DNA of 64,000 nt from an uncultured Dehalococcoidia bacterium. Its GTDB lineage: Bacteria > Chloroflexota > Dehalococcoidia > Lucifugimonadales > GCA-2712585. Under the pieces are notes generated by a model that made no database searches, was not told the origin of the DNA, and saw nothing but the letters and a program-made list of their open reading frames with translations. Below are positions 9,157 to 18,130 of this stretch, in pieces (position 1 is the stretch's first letter; every line of letters starts with the position of its first letter). The stretch spans positions 2,331,141 through 2,395,140 of the forward strand of contig OX638324.1 in NCBI GenBank assembly GCA_951812825.1. The letters run 5' to 3'. A program made the translations under genes and the position numbers.

Positions 9157-10308
9157 TTAGTCGGTGGCGCGGGCTCCGTCTGTGGAGCGCATACCCTGGC
9201 GGTAACCGGCGATGATGCCGTCGGCGTTCCAGCGCTGGGTCTTGTCCCAGGCGCGCTGGATACTGGCGTTGGCACCCGTGAGGGCGGGCATTACGTAGCG
9301 GGCGAAGAGTTCCATGCTGTGGTACATCTTCTGGGTGGAGGCCCACTCGTTGATGGTGATGAGGAAACCGCCGGCGCCACCGGCTTCGTCGAAGAGAGCC
9401 TGAAGCTGGGAGGCGACGTCGTCCGGGTCGCCTACGATCCAGCGTCGGTTTCGGACGACTTCCTCAGCGGTAAGGTCGTCGAAGGGCTGGTCGGCATAGG
9501 TCTGGAACTGGCGCTGGCTACCGTTGCCGAAGTTGTAGCTGACTGAACTGAGGATACCGTCGCTAACGTCGGCCATGGCCTGCTCGCGGGTCTCGCCGAC
9601 GTGGACGTAGTGGACGAGGCGCCAATCGTCGCGGTTGACGGTCTTGCCGGCCTCGGCGGCGGCGGACTCAACAACGCCCCACTGCTGGGAGAGGGGGATG
9701 GAGCCGGCGATGGCGGAGTTGACCAGGGACCAGACGGGGAGGCCGTGGCGTCCGGCCTGGGTGAGGCTGTTGACGCTGCCGGAACTGGCCATGGCGACGG
9801 GTAGTCGGGGCTGCTGGTAGGACTTGACCATGAGCTCCATGTCTCTAAGCTGCCAGTAGTCGCCTTCGTAGGTGATGGGGCCGTCGGATTCGAGGAGCTT
9901 GATGATGATGTCGAGGGACTCGTTGGACATGGGACGGACCTGGTCGACGGAGAGTCCGAAGAGCATGAGGTCGGTGGCGAGGACGCCGGGGCCGACGCCC
10001 ATGACGAGGCGGCCGCGAGTGAGGTGGTCTAGGAAGGCCATGCGCTCGGCGACGTGGAAGGGGTGGTGGTAGGGGAGGTTGATGACGCCGGTGCCGAGGG
10101 TGATGCGCTTGGTCTTGGCGGCGGCCATGGCGATGAAGATGTCCGGGGCGGGGATGGTCTCCCATCCGGCGGAGTGGTGCTCGCCGATGAAGCATTCGTC
10201 GAAGCCGAGGTGGTCGACGAACTCGATGAAGTCGAGGTCGCGCTCGAAGGCGAGGGTGGGATTTTCGCTGGGGTGATGCAGAGGCATCATGAAGAAGCCG
10301 AATTTCAT
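9157..10308 (-). CDS. Luciferase-like (LLM class) flavin-dependent monooxygenase/oxidoreductase
   Basis: 383 aa. It has the N-terminus MKFGFFMMPLHHP..., FDECFIGEHHS and a TIM-barrel LLM pattern throughout. Confidence 0.85.
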   Translation of the reverse strand: MKFGFFMMPLHHPSENPTLAFERDLDFIEFVDHLGFDECFIGEHHSAGWETIPAPDIFIAMAAAKTKRITLGTGVINLPYHHPFHVAERMAFLDHLTRGRLVMGVGPGVLATDLMLFGLSVDQVRPMSNESLDIIIKLLESDGPITYEGDYWQLRDMELMVKSYQQPRLPVAMASSGSVNSLTQAGRHGLPVWSLVNSAIAGSIPLSQQWGVVESAAAEAGKTVNRDDWRLVHYVHVGETREQAMADVSDGILSSVSYNFGNGSQRQFQTYADQPFDDLTAEEVVRNRRWIVGDPDDVASQLQALFDEAGGAGGFLITINEWASTQKMYHSMELFARYVMPALTGANASIQRAWDKTQRWNADGIIAGYRQGMRSTDGARATD

Positions 10309-10450
10309 GCAGTTCTCCTAGAGTGGTTGGGATTCCGAAAGATTATATCAGAGGGCCGCACTGAGGCCAATTAAGGGGATGTTAAGCGGAGGGCGATGAG
10401 GGTGCTATGGTGGAAGGTCCAGAGGAGGCACGGTCAGGTGTTGTAGTGGG

Positions 10451-10552
10451 ATTATTCGTTTCAGCGTGATTCGTTATATTGGGTGGTGGAAACGAAGGGT
10501 GTTTTCCTTCGTAAACGGGGATTCGTAATTTGCTGTAGTGAAAACGAATGGC
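10451..10552. promoter_or_regulatory. Array of six TTCGT/ACGAA boxes in two about 50-bp units, a candidate operator region
   Basis: TTCGT occurs at 10455, 10470, 10508 and 10522. ACGAA occurs at 10492 and 10544. The pattern is direct-direct-inverted, twice. The array includes the 8-bp inverted repeat TTCGTTTC/GAAACGAA and lies 150-250 bp upstream of the LLM gene start (10308). Confidence 0.3.
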
Positions 10553-10720
10553 GCATTAACCAGGGGAAGAATTGCCTTTGGAAGGGGCTGGCCAGCGCGG
10601 AGGAGGAGTTCAGCGGAGCGTGCCGTGGAGTTGTGAAGTACGGTTATATGTTCCATTTGAGGAAGAATAGCAAGGAATGAGGTTTGTGGCAAGGGGGAAG
10701 ATGGCAGTAAGGGGGAGTGG

Positions 10721-10810
10721 GAGAGGGGGCGTTTCTCAGAGTGAAGGAGGGGAGACCCCCGGTCACCAGATTCTTCGTTGGGGGGCCTCCTCAGGAAAAG
10801 AGGGGGAGGG
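10721..10810 (+). repeat. Interspersed intergenic repeat, copy a (about 90 bp)
   Basis: GAGAGGGGGCGTTTCTCAGAGTGAAGGAGGGGAGACCCCCGGTCACCAGATTCTTCGT...GGGGCCTCCTCAGGAAAAGAGGGGGAGGG. It aligns by eye, with a few mismatches and short indels, to 11519-11610 in the same orientation. Confidence 0.7.
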
Positions 10811-10904
10811 GGGAAGGCGAAGAGGGGAGCGGACGACCACAAGGGTCGCCCCTTCGAAGGGCGGCGAACGGAGGGCGTGGGACGCCAGGCACAGGTGGTG
10901 AGGG

Positions 10905-11327
10905 CTACCAGGCGGCGAGGAGGATGCCGATGATGGCATAGGTGATTATGGGGTAGCCGGAGTTGATTAGGAAGAGGCGGAGGCTGCGGCTTTCGAAGCT
11001 GTAGGTGGTGGCGTAGGAAGTGGCTATGGCTCCTATGGATACGAGCAGGCCTAGGAGGAGGCCTTCGGCTGCGCCATTTGCCCCCATGCCTTGAATGAGC
11101 AGGGCGAGGACGAAGGTGAAGATGAGGGCGCTTATGATGGCGACGACGTAGGGGAGCCATTGCATGGGGGTGCCTTTCATGGCCTCCATGTCTTCCATGG
11201 TGAGGCCGACGTCGGCCATCCAGGGCTTGGCCCAGGTGCGGTACCAGGCTGCGCCGAGGAGCTGGTTGATGACGACTCCAACGATGATTGCGAGGTAGTT
11301 GAGGGATCCGAGGTCAAGGTTGTCCAT
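10905..11327 (-). CDS. DUF1761-family small membrane protein
   Basis: The preferred start is ATG 11327 (MDNLDLGSLNYLAIIVGVVINQLLGAAWY...), preceded by AGGAG. There are four predicted hydrophobic helices. The pattern matches DUF1761 as I recall it. Confidence 0.65.
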   Translation of the reverse strand: MDNLDLGSLNYLAIIVGVVINQLLGAAWYRTWAKPWMADVGLTMEDMEAMKGTPMQWLPYVVAIISALIFTFVLALLIQGMGANGAAEGLLLGLLVSIGAIATSYATTYSFESRSLRLFLINSGYPIITYAIIGILLAAW

Positions 11328-11454
11328 TTCCACTCCTTTTGAAGCCGGACTTGCGTTCTTTGCCTTTTTCGGCACAGAGATTATATGAAAAGGGTGGTGA
11401 ATGCAATGGTGGGATGTGGAGGAGGGAGTCCGCCTCTCGCCGCTCCGCCGTGGG

Positions 11455-11477
11455 TTCCTGCCTGCGCAGGAATGACG
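11455..11477. repeat. Hairpin repeat TTCCTGC-CTGC-GCAGGAA followed by TGACG
   Basis: 7-bp stem. The same architecture (ATTCCCGT-CTGC-ACGGGAAT followed by GACG) occurs at 60281-60304. It belongs to the widespread class of intergenic repeats that translate as VIPAQAG-like peptides in spurious ORFs. Confidence 0.5.
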
Positions 11478-11518
11478 AAGGGGGATGCAGGAATGGCATA
11501 GCGGAAGAGGGGGGGACG

Positions 11519-11610
11519 GAGAGGGGGTCGTTTCTCAGAGTGAAGGAGGGGAGACCCCCGGCCACCAGATTCTTCGTCGCGGGGCCTCTTCAGAAAAAAG
11601 AGGGGGAGGG
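11519..11610 (+). repeat. Interspersed intergenic repeat, copy b (about 90 bp)
   Basis: Direct copy of 10721-10810. The two copies bracket the DUF1761 gene. Confidence 0.7.
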
Positions 11611-11746
11611 TTTCTATGGGGATAGATTCTTCGGCATCGCTTCGCTGCGCACAGGGTGGCACGTGGGGGGCTAGAGGGGATGGTTGCTTGAAGCTTACTG
11701 TGGGGGTAGAATCCCAACGGTAACCGAAGTAGAGAGGCGGGGCGCA

Positions 11747-14700
11747 ATGTTCTTCAATCGCAGACTGTTTGGATTCACCGAGGGAGTAAGGCTGAGGCTT
11801 GTGCTGGCTCTCATCTTTGGTCTTCTGACGGCGGCCTCAGGGGTCAGCCGGCTGGCGCTTTCGGGTTACGCGATTGCGCTGGTGATTCGAGGCGCGCCTA
11901 CAGAAGAGATTATTCTGGCGGTTGTGGGAGTTGTGGCTTCGGCAGTGCTGCGGGGGGTTTTCCAGTACCTGAAGGAGATGACGGGGCACCTGGCGTCGGT
12001 GCGAGTGCAGGCGAAGATGAGGCGGGAGTTGTACCAGAGGGCGCTAATTCTGGGGCCCGGAGCGCTGGACCAGAAGCGGGCGGGGGACGTGCTGGTTTCG
12101 TTGGTGGAGGGCGTTGACCAGTTGGAAACCTACTACGGGGAGTATCTGCCTCAGGTGGCGGTGGCGGCGCTGACGCCCATCGGGATTTTCATATTCGTGG
12201 CGTTCCTGGACGTGCCCACGGCGGCGATTTATCTGGGCTTCGCCCTGTTTACACTGTTTGCCCCACTATTGTTCCACCACTGGAATGCAGTGAGCAGCGC
12301 GAGGCGTCGGGAAGTGTACGGAGACCTGAGCGCGGAGTTTCTAGACAGTGTTCAGGGGCTGGCGACGCTGAAGGCGTTCGGTCAGAGCCGGGCCCGGGGC
12401 CAGATGCTGGCGTCGAAGGCACGCGACGTGTACCAGAAGACGATGCGGATCCTGTTCATGAACGTGGGCACGACGGGCGCGACCTGGTTCGGCATCACGG
12501 CCGGAGCAGCGGTTGCGCTGGGGTTTGGCGCGGTGCGGGTGGCGGACGACTCGATGAGTCTGGCGACGCTGCTGGTGGTGTTGATGCTGGGGGTGGAGGT
12601 GTTTCGTCCTCTCCGGGAGCTGACGATGCTGTACCACAAGGGGATGCTGGGGATGTCGGCGGCAACGGCGGTCTTCGACCTGCTGGACGCGAAACCCCAG
12701 GTGGAGGACGTGGAGGGGAAGTCGGAAGCCGCTCCTTCGCTACAGCCGACGTTGAAGTTTGAAGACGTTACCTTCGCGTATCCCACGGGTCGTTCGGACG
12801 CGTTGAGCAATCTCAGCTTCGAGCTCAAGGCAGGGGAGACGCTGGGGGTAGTGGGACGAAGCGGCGCGGGGAAGAGTACGCTGGTGTGGCTGGCGCTGCG
12901 TTTCTTCGATCCATCCAAGGGCCGGATTTTGCTGGGCGGACAGGATATCCGAAGTATGCCGCTTGCGACGCTGAGAAAGCACGTGGCGGTGGTGGCGCAG
13001 GATACCTACCTGTTCCACGGAACTGTGGCGGACAACCTGAAGTTGGGGAACCCCGACGCAACCCAGGAAGAGATGCAGGAGGCGGCGAGGGCGGCCAACG
13101 CCGACCAGTTCATCACGTCGCTGCCCAACGGTTACGACACGGTAATCGGAGAGCGGGGGATTAGATTGTCGGGCGGACAGCGGCAGCGCATTGCCATCGC
13201 AAGGGCGCTGTTGAAGGACGCGCCGATTCTGCTTCTGGACGAAGCGCTTTCCAACGTGGACACGGAGAATGAGTCGATAATCCAACAGGCGTTGAACCGG
13301 CTGATGCAGGGCAGGACTACGCTGGTGATAGCGCACAGGCTTTCCAGCGTGATTGCCGCCGACCGGATTCTGGTTCTGGAGGAGGGACGGCTGGAGGAAC
13401 AGGGCGTCCACCGAGAGTTGATGCGCCAGCGGGGGGTCTACCGGAGCCTTATGGAGGCGCAGATGGAGACGGAGTCGGTGGAGCTTGCGCCGCTTCTAGC
13501 TACGGCCACTGCGGAGGATCCGGTGGCGGAAACGTACCACGGAGACTGGACGGGCCAGGGGTCCCAAGAGTATCTGCAGGAGCCGAGCATCATCAGCGCG
13601 ACGGCGGAGGAGATGAGCTGGTTCCGGGTCTTCGGGCGGCTTCTGAAGCTGGTAAGTCCATGGAAGACGGCGCTGACGTTCACCTTCATTCTGGGAATAC
13701 TGCGGGTGTTCGTGCTGATTGGGATAGGGGTTACGGGCGCGCTTATAGTGCGTCAGGTGGCGTTGGGCGGAGAGTTTGGCTTATTGTTGGTGGTGCTGGG
13801 CGTGATGGCCGTGTTGACGCCGATATTGCACTGGGCGGAGTCGTGGGTGTCCCACGACATGGCGTTCCGGCTGCTGGCCGAGATGCGGATAGCGATGTAC
13901 GAGAAGCTGGACCCGCTTTCGCCGGCGTACCTGGTGAGGCGGCGGTCTGGAGACATCGTGGGGCTGGTGACGAGCGATATCGAAACGGTTGAATACTTCT
14001 TCGCCCATACTATTGCCCCTGCCTTTGTTGCCGTGACGGTGCCTGGGGCGGTGCTGGTTACGCTGGCCATATTCCAGTGGCCGCTGGCGCTGATTCTGCT
14101 GCCGTTCCTGTTCCTGGTGGCGCTGACGCCGTTCTATGCGAACAAGACGCTGGACCGGGTAGCGTCGCAGTCTCGCCAGCAGTTGGGGGAGATCAATGCG
14201 CACATGGTGGACAGCGTTCAGGGGATGCGGGAGATTGTGGCGTTCGGGCACGAGGAGCAGCGGCTGGCGGAGGTGCAGGAGAACCAGAGGAAGTTTGCCG
14301 CCTACCGGATAACGTTTTTCAAACATCTGACGATTCAGAAGGTGGCGATTGAAGTGTGCATCGGGCTGGGGGGCATCGCCGTGCTGGGAGCGGGGGCGTA
14401 TTTCGCTACGCAGGGGAACCTGACGGGGACATTATTACCTCTGTTGAGCTTAATTGCGCTTTCGTCGTTCATTCCGGTGTCGGAGGTGGCGCAGGTAGGC
14501 AAGCAGTTGGCGGACACGCTGGGGAGTTCCCGTCGGGTATTCGCCGTGCATGACGAGCCGGTGCCGGTGCAGGACGGCAAGGGAGTCCACGCACCGCGGG
14601 AGGCGGCCCAGGGGTCGGCGGTGGCGTTCGAGGAGGTGGACTTCACCTACGGGCGGGGTCTGCCGCAGGCGTTGAAGCGGGTGGAATTTTCGATTGAGCC

Positions 14701-15361
14701 CGGACAGACGGTTGCCCTGGTGGGCCGGTCAGGCGCGGGGAAGACGACCTCGGCGCACCTGCTGCTGCGGTTCTGGGACCCGACGGAGGGTTCGATCAAC
14801 CTGGACCTGCATAATCTGAAGGAATTTGAGCTGGACGAATTGCGTCATTCAATTGCGTTGGTGTCGCAGGATACGTACCTGTTCAACACGACCATCCGGG
14901 AGAACCTGAAGGTGGCCAAGCCCGACGCTACGGACGAGGAGATTGTGGCGGCGGCGAAGCAGGCGAACGCGGATGAGTTTATCGCAGCGATGCCGGAGGG
15001 CTACGACACCAACGTGGGCGAGCGGGGAGTGCAGCTTTCGGGCGGACAGAGACAGCGGATAGCCATCGCGAGGGCGGTGCTCAAGGGCGCGCCGGTGCTG
15101 GTGCTGGACGAGGCAACGTCGCACCTGGACGCGGTGAACGAACGGCTGGTGCGGCAGGCCCTTTCGCGGCTGATGTCGGACCGGACGACGCTGGTGATTG
15201 CCCACCGGCTTTCGACGGTTCGGGACGCGGACAAGATTCTGGTGCTGGAAGAGGGAGAGCTGGTGGAGCAGGGGACGCACGAAGAGCTGCTGGCGAAGGG
15301 CGGGTTGTATTCGCATCTGGTTTCGGCGCAGGTTCTGCCCAGCGAGGGTGCTAGCGACTGA
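11747..15361 (+). CDS. Fused two-half ABC exporter (TMD-NBD-TMD-NBD), CydDC-like
   Basis: There are two Walker A sites (GRSGAGKST and GRSGAGKTT), two LSGGQRQR signatures and two Walker B sites (LLLDEA and LVLDEA). Each is preceded by a six-helix TMD. The preferred start is ATG 11747. The CydD/CydC-type assignment is tentative. Confidence 0.85.
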   Translation: MFFNRRLFGFTEGVRLRLVLALIFGLLTAASGVSRLALSGYAIALVIRGAPTEEIILAVVGVVASAVLRGVFQYLKEMTGHLASVRVQAKMRRELYQRALILGPGALDQKRAGDVLVSLVEGVDQLETYYGEYLPQVAVAALTPIGIFIFVAFLDVPTAAIYLGFALFTLFAPLLFHHWNAVSSARRREVYGDLSAEFLDSVQGLATLKAFGQSRARGQMLASKARDVYQKTMRILFMNVGTTGATWFGITAGAAVALGFGAVRVADDSMSLATLLVVLMLGVEVFRPLRELTMLYHKGMLGMSAATAVFDLLDAKPQVEDVEGKSEAAPSLQPTLKFEDVTFAYPTGRSDALSNLSFELKAGETLGVVGRSGAGKSTLVWLALRFFDPSKGRILLGGQDIRSMPLATLRKHVAVVAQDTYLFHGTVADNLKLGNPDATQEEMQEAARAANADQFITSLPNGYDTVIGERGIRLSGGQRQRIAIARALLKDAPILLLDEALSNVDTENESIIQQALNRLMQGRTTLVIAHRLSSVIAADRILVLEEGRLEEQGVHRELMRQRGVYRSLMEAQMETESVELAPLLATATAEDPVAETYHGDWTGQGSQEYLQEPSIISATAEEMSWFRVFGRLLKLVSPWKTALTFTFILGILRVFVLIGIGVTGALIVRQVALGGEFGLLLVVLGVMAVLTPILHWAESWVSHDMAFRLLAEMRIAMYEKLDPLSPAYLVRRRSGDIVGLVTSDIETVEYFFAHTIAPAFVAVTVPGAVLVTLAIFQWPLALILLPFLFLVALTPFYANKTLDRVASQSRQQLGEINAHMVDSVQGMREIVAFGHEEQRLAEVQENQRKFAAYRITFFKHLTIQKVAIEVCIGLGGIAVLGAGAYFATQGNLTGTLLPLLSLIALSSFIPVSEVAQVGKQLADTLGSSRRVFAVHDEPVPVQDGKGVHAPREAAQGSAVAFEEVDFTYGRGLPQALKRVEFSIEPGQTVALVGRSGAGKTTSAHLLLRFWDPTEGSINLDLHNLKEFELDELRHSIALVSQDTYLFNTTIRENLKVAKPDATDEEIVAAAKQANADEFIAAMPEGYDTNVGERGVQLSGGQRQRIAIARAVLKGAPVLVLDEATSHLDAVNERLVRQALSRLMSDRTTLVIAHRLSTVRDADKILVLEEGELVEQGTHEELLAKGGLYSHLVSAQVLPSEGASD

Positions 15362-15477
15362 GGGGCTTTCACTGACCATTTCGGCTAGTTTGGGTGTGGT
15401 GCGGCTGATATAATGGCCGCGCCACGGCCCCCGTATTGGGGCATTGGCAGTTTCAGAAAGGACGCTTGCAGAATTCC

Positions 15478-15816
15478 ATGATTTCCATATTTGTGACTAT
15501 CAACATCAAGCCTGGATTCAGGGACGCATTCGTTGCATCGCTGATGGGGGACGCTCAGGGTTCCGTGAGGGACGAGCCGGGGTGCTTCCGTTTCGACGTG
15601 CTTCAGAGCGACGAGAACCCGAACCGTCTGCACCTGTACGAGGTGTATGCAGATCAGGACGCTTTGGCGGCCCATCGAGGGGCGCCCCACTACGTGAAGT
15701 GGCGCTCGGAGGTTGAGGAGTGGTTTGACGGGGAGCCGGAGCGGATCGCGACGACGACAGTCTTTCCTTCGGACGAGGGATGGCGGGCGCAGAAGCCGAG
15801 GCTGGTCAACTGGTAG
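15478..15816 (+). CDS. Antibiotic-biosynthesis-monooxygenase (ABM) family protein, YgiN-like
   Basis: MISIFVTINIKPGFRDAFVASL...EPGCFRFDVLQSDENPNRLHLYEVYADQDALAAHRGAPHY is a classic ABM fold pattern. Confidence 0.75.
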   Translation: MISIFVTINIKPGFRDAFVASLMGDAQGSVRDEPGCFRFDVLQSDENPNRLHLYEVYADQDALAAHRGAPHYVKWRSEVEEWFDGEPERIATTTVFPSDEGWRAQKPRLVNW

Positions 15817-15881
15817 GTTCGGCTGACGAGGCGATCCACTTTCCTCCCGGGATTCCAAATTTACATAATGCAAGGTGAGAA

Positions 15882-17324
15882 ATGAATAAGCGTCAAGCGG
15901 CGCACCAACACGTCATCGAAAATCAGGCCGGGCACCTGGAGCGGGTTCGGGAGTTCATGGCCCAGCCCAGCGTGAGCCAGGACAACCAGGGGGTGGAGGA
16001 GTGCGCCAAGCTGCTGCTTCGGTACTACCAGGAGTTGGGATGCAAGGAGGCGGAAATAGCGGAGACGCCCGTCTTCCCCGCCGTGTGGGGGTACTACGAT
16101 GCGGGAGCGCCAAAGACGCTGGCGGTGTACAGCTACTTCGACACGAACGTGGTTGGGGACGGCTGGGACCATCCCCCGTACGATGCGGTGGTGGCGCCCC
16201 ACGGGCCGTTCAAGAAGGTGCTTTACGGTCGGGGGGCGAACAACAAGGGCGCGTTCATGGGCTTCCTGAATGCGTTGGAGTCGATCAAGGCTGCGGCGGG
16301 TGAGCTTCCGGTCAACCTGATGTTTGTTTCGGAGGGGGAGGAGTTCGTCGGGAGCGACCACATTCCGCTGCTTATCGACAGATACCGACATCACCTTTCC
16401 AAGGCGGACGATGCGATGGTGGCCGGGGCCTGCCAGACCGCTTCAGGGGACGTCACGCTTTTCCTCGGGAATAAGGGGAACCTGCACCTTGAGTTGGAAT
16501 GCTCCGGGGACCGGTGGGGCAGGGGTCCGGCGGGGGGGCCGGTGCATTCATCGGCGCAGCCCGTGGTGGACCACCCCGTCTGGCGGATGGTGCAGGCACT
16601 GTCCACGATGTTCGACCCGGAGACGAACCGGGTGTTGGTGGATGGGTTCTATGACGACCTGGAGGCGCCGTCAGCTGAAGACCTGGAATTGATTGACGGG
16701 CTGTCGAAGAGGTACAAGGGGCAGGAACGGAGCGCCATTCCGAGCCTTTCGCCGGGCAAGGTGGAACGCTTCGTGAACGACGTGTCTGGTAGAGACGCGT
16801 TTTTGCGGTACTGCTTTGAGCCGACGATGAACATCAACGGTCTGCGGGCGGGGTACACGGGGCCGGGGACGCTGCTGTGGACGCTGCCGAGCGCGGCTTA
16901 CTGCACCATCGACCACCGGCTGCCGCCGGACATGGACCCGCTCGACATTCGCGACAAGATCCGGGCACATCTGGACAGGAACGGGTTTGAGGACGTGGGG
17001 ATCAAGGTGCTGATGGCGGTGCCGGCGCAGAAGTTGAGCGTGACGGACGACGTCGCGAAGGCGGGGCTTCGGGTGTTCGATGGGTGGGGGATAGAGCCGA
17101 CGGTGTGGCCGCGGCGGGGAGCGAGCGGGCCGATGGGGTTCTTCAGCAAGATGCTGGGACTGAAGCTGCTGGGTTCGACGGGGATTGGCTATGCCAGCGG
17201 GCATTCGGCGCCTAACGAGTTTCTGGTTATCGAGGGGGACGGAAAGGTCGGGGGGCTTTCGGAGCTGGAGCGGTCCTTTGTGGACCTGCTGTATAGCTAT
17301 GCGGCGTATCCAGGGGAGTTTTAG
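15882..17324 (+). CDS. M20-family metallopeptidase/dipeptidase
   Basis: 480 aa with the motifs YSYFDT, GRGANNKGAFMG and SEGEEFVGS, which are metal-ligand contexts of M20 enzymes. Confidence 0.8.
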   Translation: MNKRQAAHQHVIENQAGHLERVREFMAQPSVSQDNQGVEECAKLLLRYYQELGCKEAEIAETPVFPAVWGYYDAGAPKTLAVYSYFDTNVVGDGWDHPPYDAVVAPHGPFKKVLYGRGANNKGAFMGFLNALESIKAAAGELPVNLMFVSEGEEFVGSDHIPLLIDRYRHHLSKADDAMVAGACQTASGDVTLFLGNKGNLHLELECSGDRWGRGPAGGPVHSSAQPVVDHPVWRMVQALSTMFDPETNRVLVDGFYDDLEAPSAEDLELIDGLSKRYKGQERSAIPSLSPGKVERFVNDVSGRDAFLRYCFEPTMNINGLRAGYTGPGTLLWTLPSAAYCTIDHRLPPDMDPLDIRDKIRAHLDRNGFEDVGIKVLMAVPAQKLSVTDDVAKAGLRVFDGWGIEPTVWPRRGASGPMGFFSKMLGLKLLGSTGIGYASGHSAPNEFLVIEGDGKVGGLSELERSFVDLLYSYAAYPGEF

Positions 17325-17433
17325 GGGAAGGGGCTGAAACTCTGCTTTCCTTTCGATTGGACGCTTGTTTTACTATAGTGGTAAAATCCGGACAGGAAGG
17401 TAAGGCAATGTGCAGGAATGAAAGGAGGGGTGG

Positions 17434-17763
17434 ATGAGAGACGCAGGAACGGAGACAAATGAGGCTGAGGGATCTGTGCCAAGTCGACCACGTCGTGAAG
17501 CTCGGGAGACGGGACGGCTGGGGAGGGAGATATACAAGCGGGATATTCGCGAGCGCGTGGAGCCGGAGCACGTCGGCGAGTACGTTGCCATTGACGTGGA
17601 CAGCGGCTGTTGGGCATTGGGGGAGAGTGCGATGGCGGCACGGAAGAGGCTTGTGGAACTTAGGCCGGAAGCTGTGAACGTTCTTCGGGAGCGAATTGGC
17701 TATGTGGCTGTGGGCAGCATTGGTGGCGGAGCACCTCGGAGGATGGATTGGTCGAAGGAGTAG
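17434..17763 (+). CDS. Small hypothetical protein (DUF5678-like GxxVAID core), partner of the downstream aspartic protease
   Basis: 109-aa ORF with AGGAGG 6 nt upstream. The core is EHVGEYVAIDVDSGCWALGES...RLVELRPEAVNVLRERIGY. It overlaps the next ORF by 16 nt. Confidence 0.5.
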   Translation: MRDAGTETNEAEGSVPSRPRREARETGRLGREIYKRDIRERVEPEHVGEYVAIDVDSGCWALGESAMAARKRLVELRPEAVNVLRERIGYVAVGSIGGGAPRRMDWSKE

Positions 17764-18119
17764 TCAACGCTCGAATAGAAGCAACTGTAATGCTCGAAAT
17801 CTGCGGAGAATCGGGGAGTGCTCAAGAAATTGAGGCCGTATTGGATACCGGATTCAGTGAATCTCTCATCTTGGGGAATGATATGGCATCGGAGTTGCAA
17901 CTTGAGGGAGTTGGTGTTGATTACTTAACTCTAGCCGATGGCAGTATTGAAAGCTTCGAGGTGTTCAACGTCACTGTGAGATGGGACGGTTTACTGCGAC
18001 AGATTGAAGCATATGGTGCCCAATCCACTCCGCTGATTGGGATGCGTCTGCTTCATGGGCATAGCGTGTATGTGGATGTGGTGGAGGGGGGACGGGTGGA
18101 GATTCGCGGCCTGGGATAG
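17748..18119 (+). CDS. Clan AA retropepsin-like aspartic protease (AF_0612-type)
   Basis: 123 aa. The catalytic context is AVLDTGFSESLIL, followed by LTLADGS and LIGMRLL, typical of the small bacterial/archaeal retropepsin-like family. The TTG start is uncertain. Confidence 0.65.
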   Translation: MVEGVVNARIEATVMLEICGESGSAQEIEAVLDTGFSESLILGNDMASELQLEGVGVDYLTLADGSIESFEVFNVTVRWDGLLRQIEAYGAQSTPLIGMRLLHGHSVYVDVVEGGRVEIRGLG

Positions 18120-18130
18120 GGACTTTGCGG

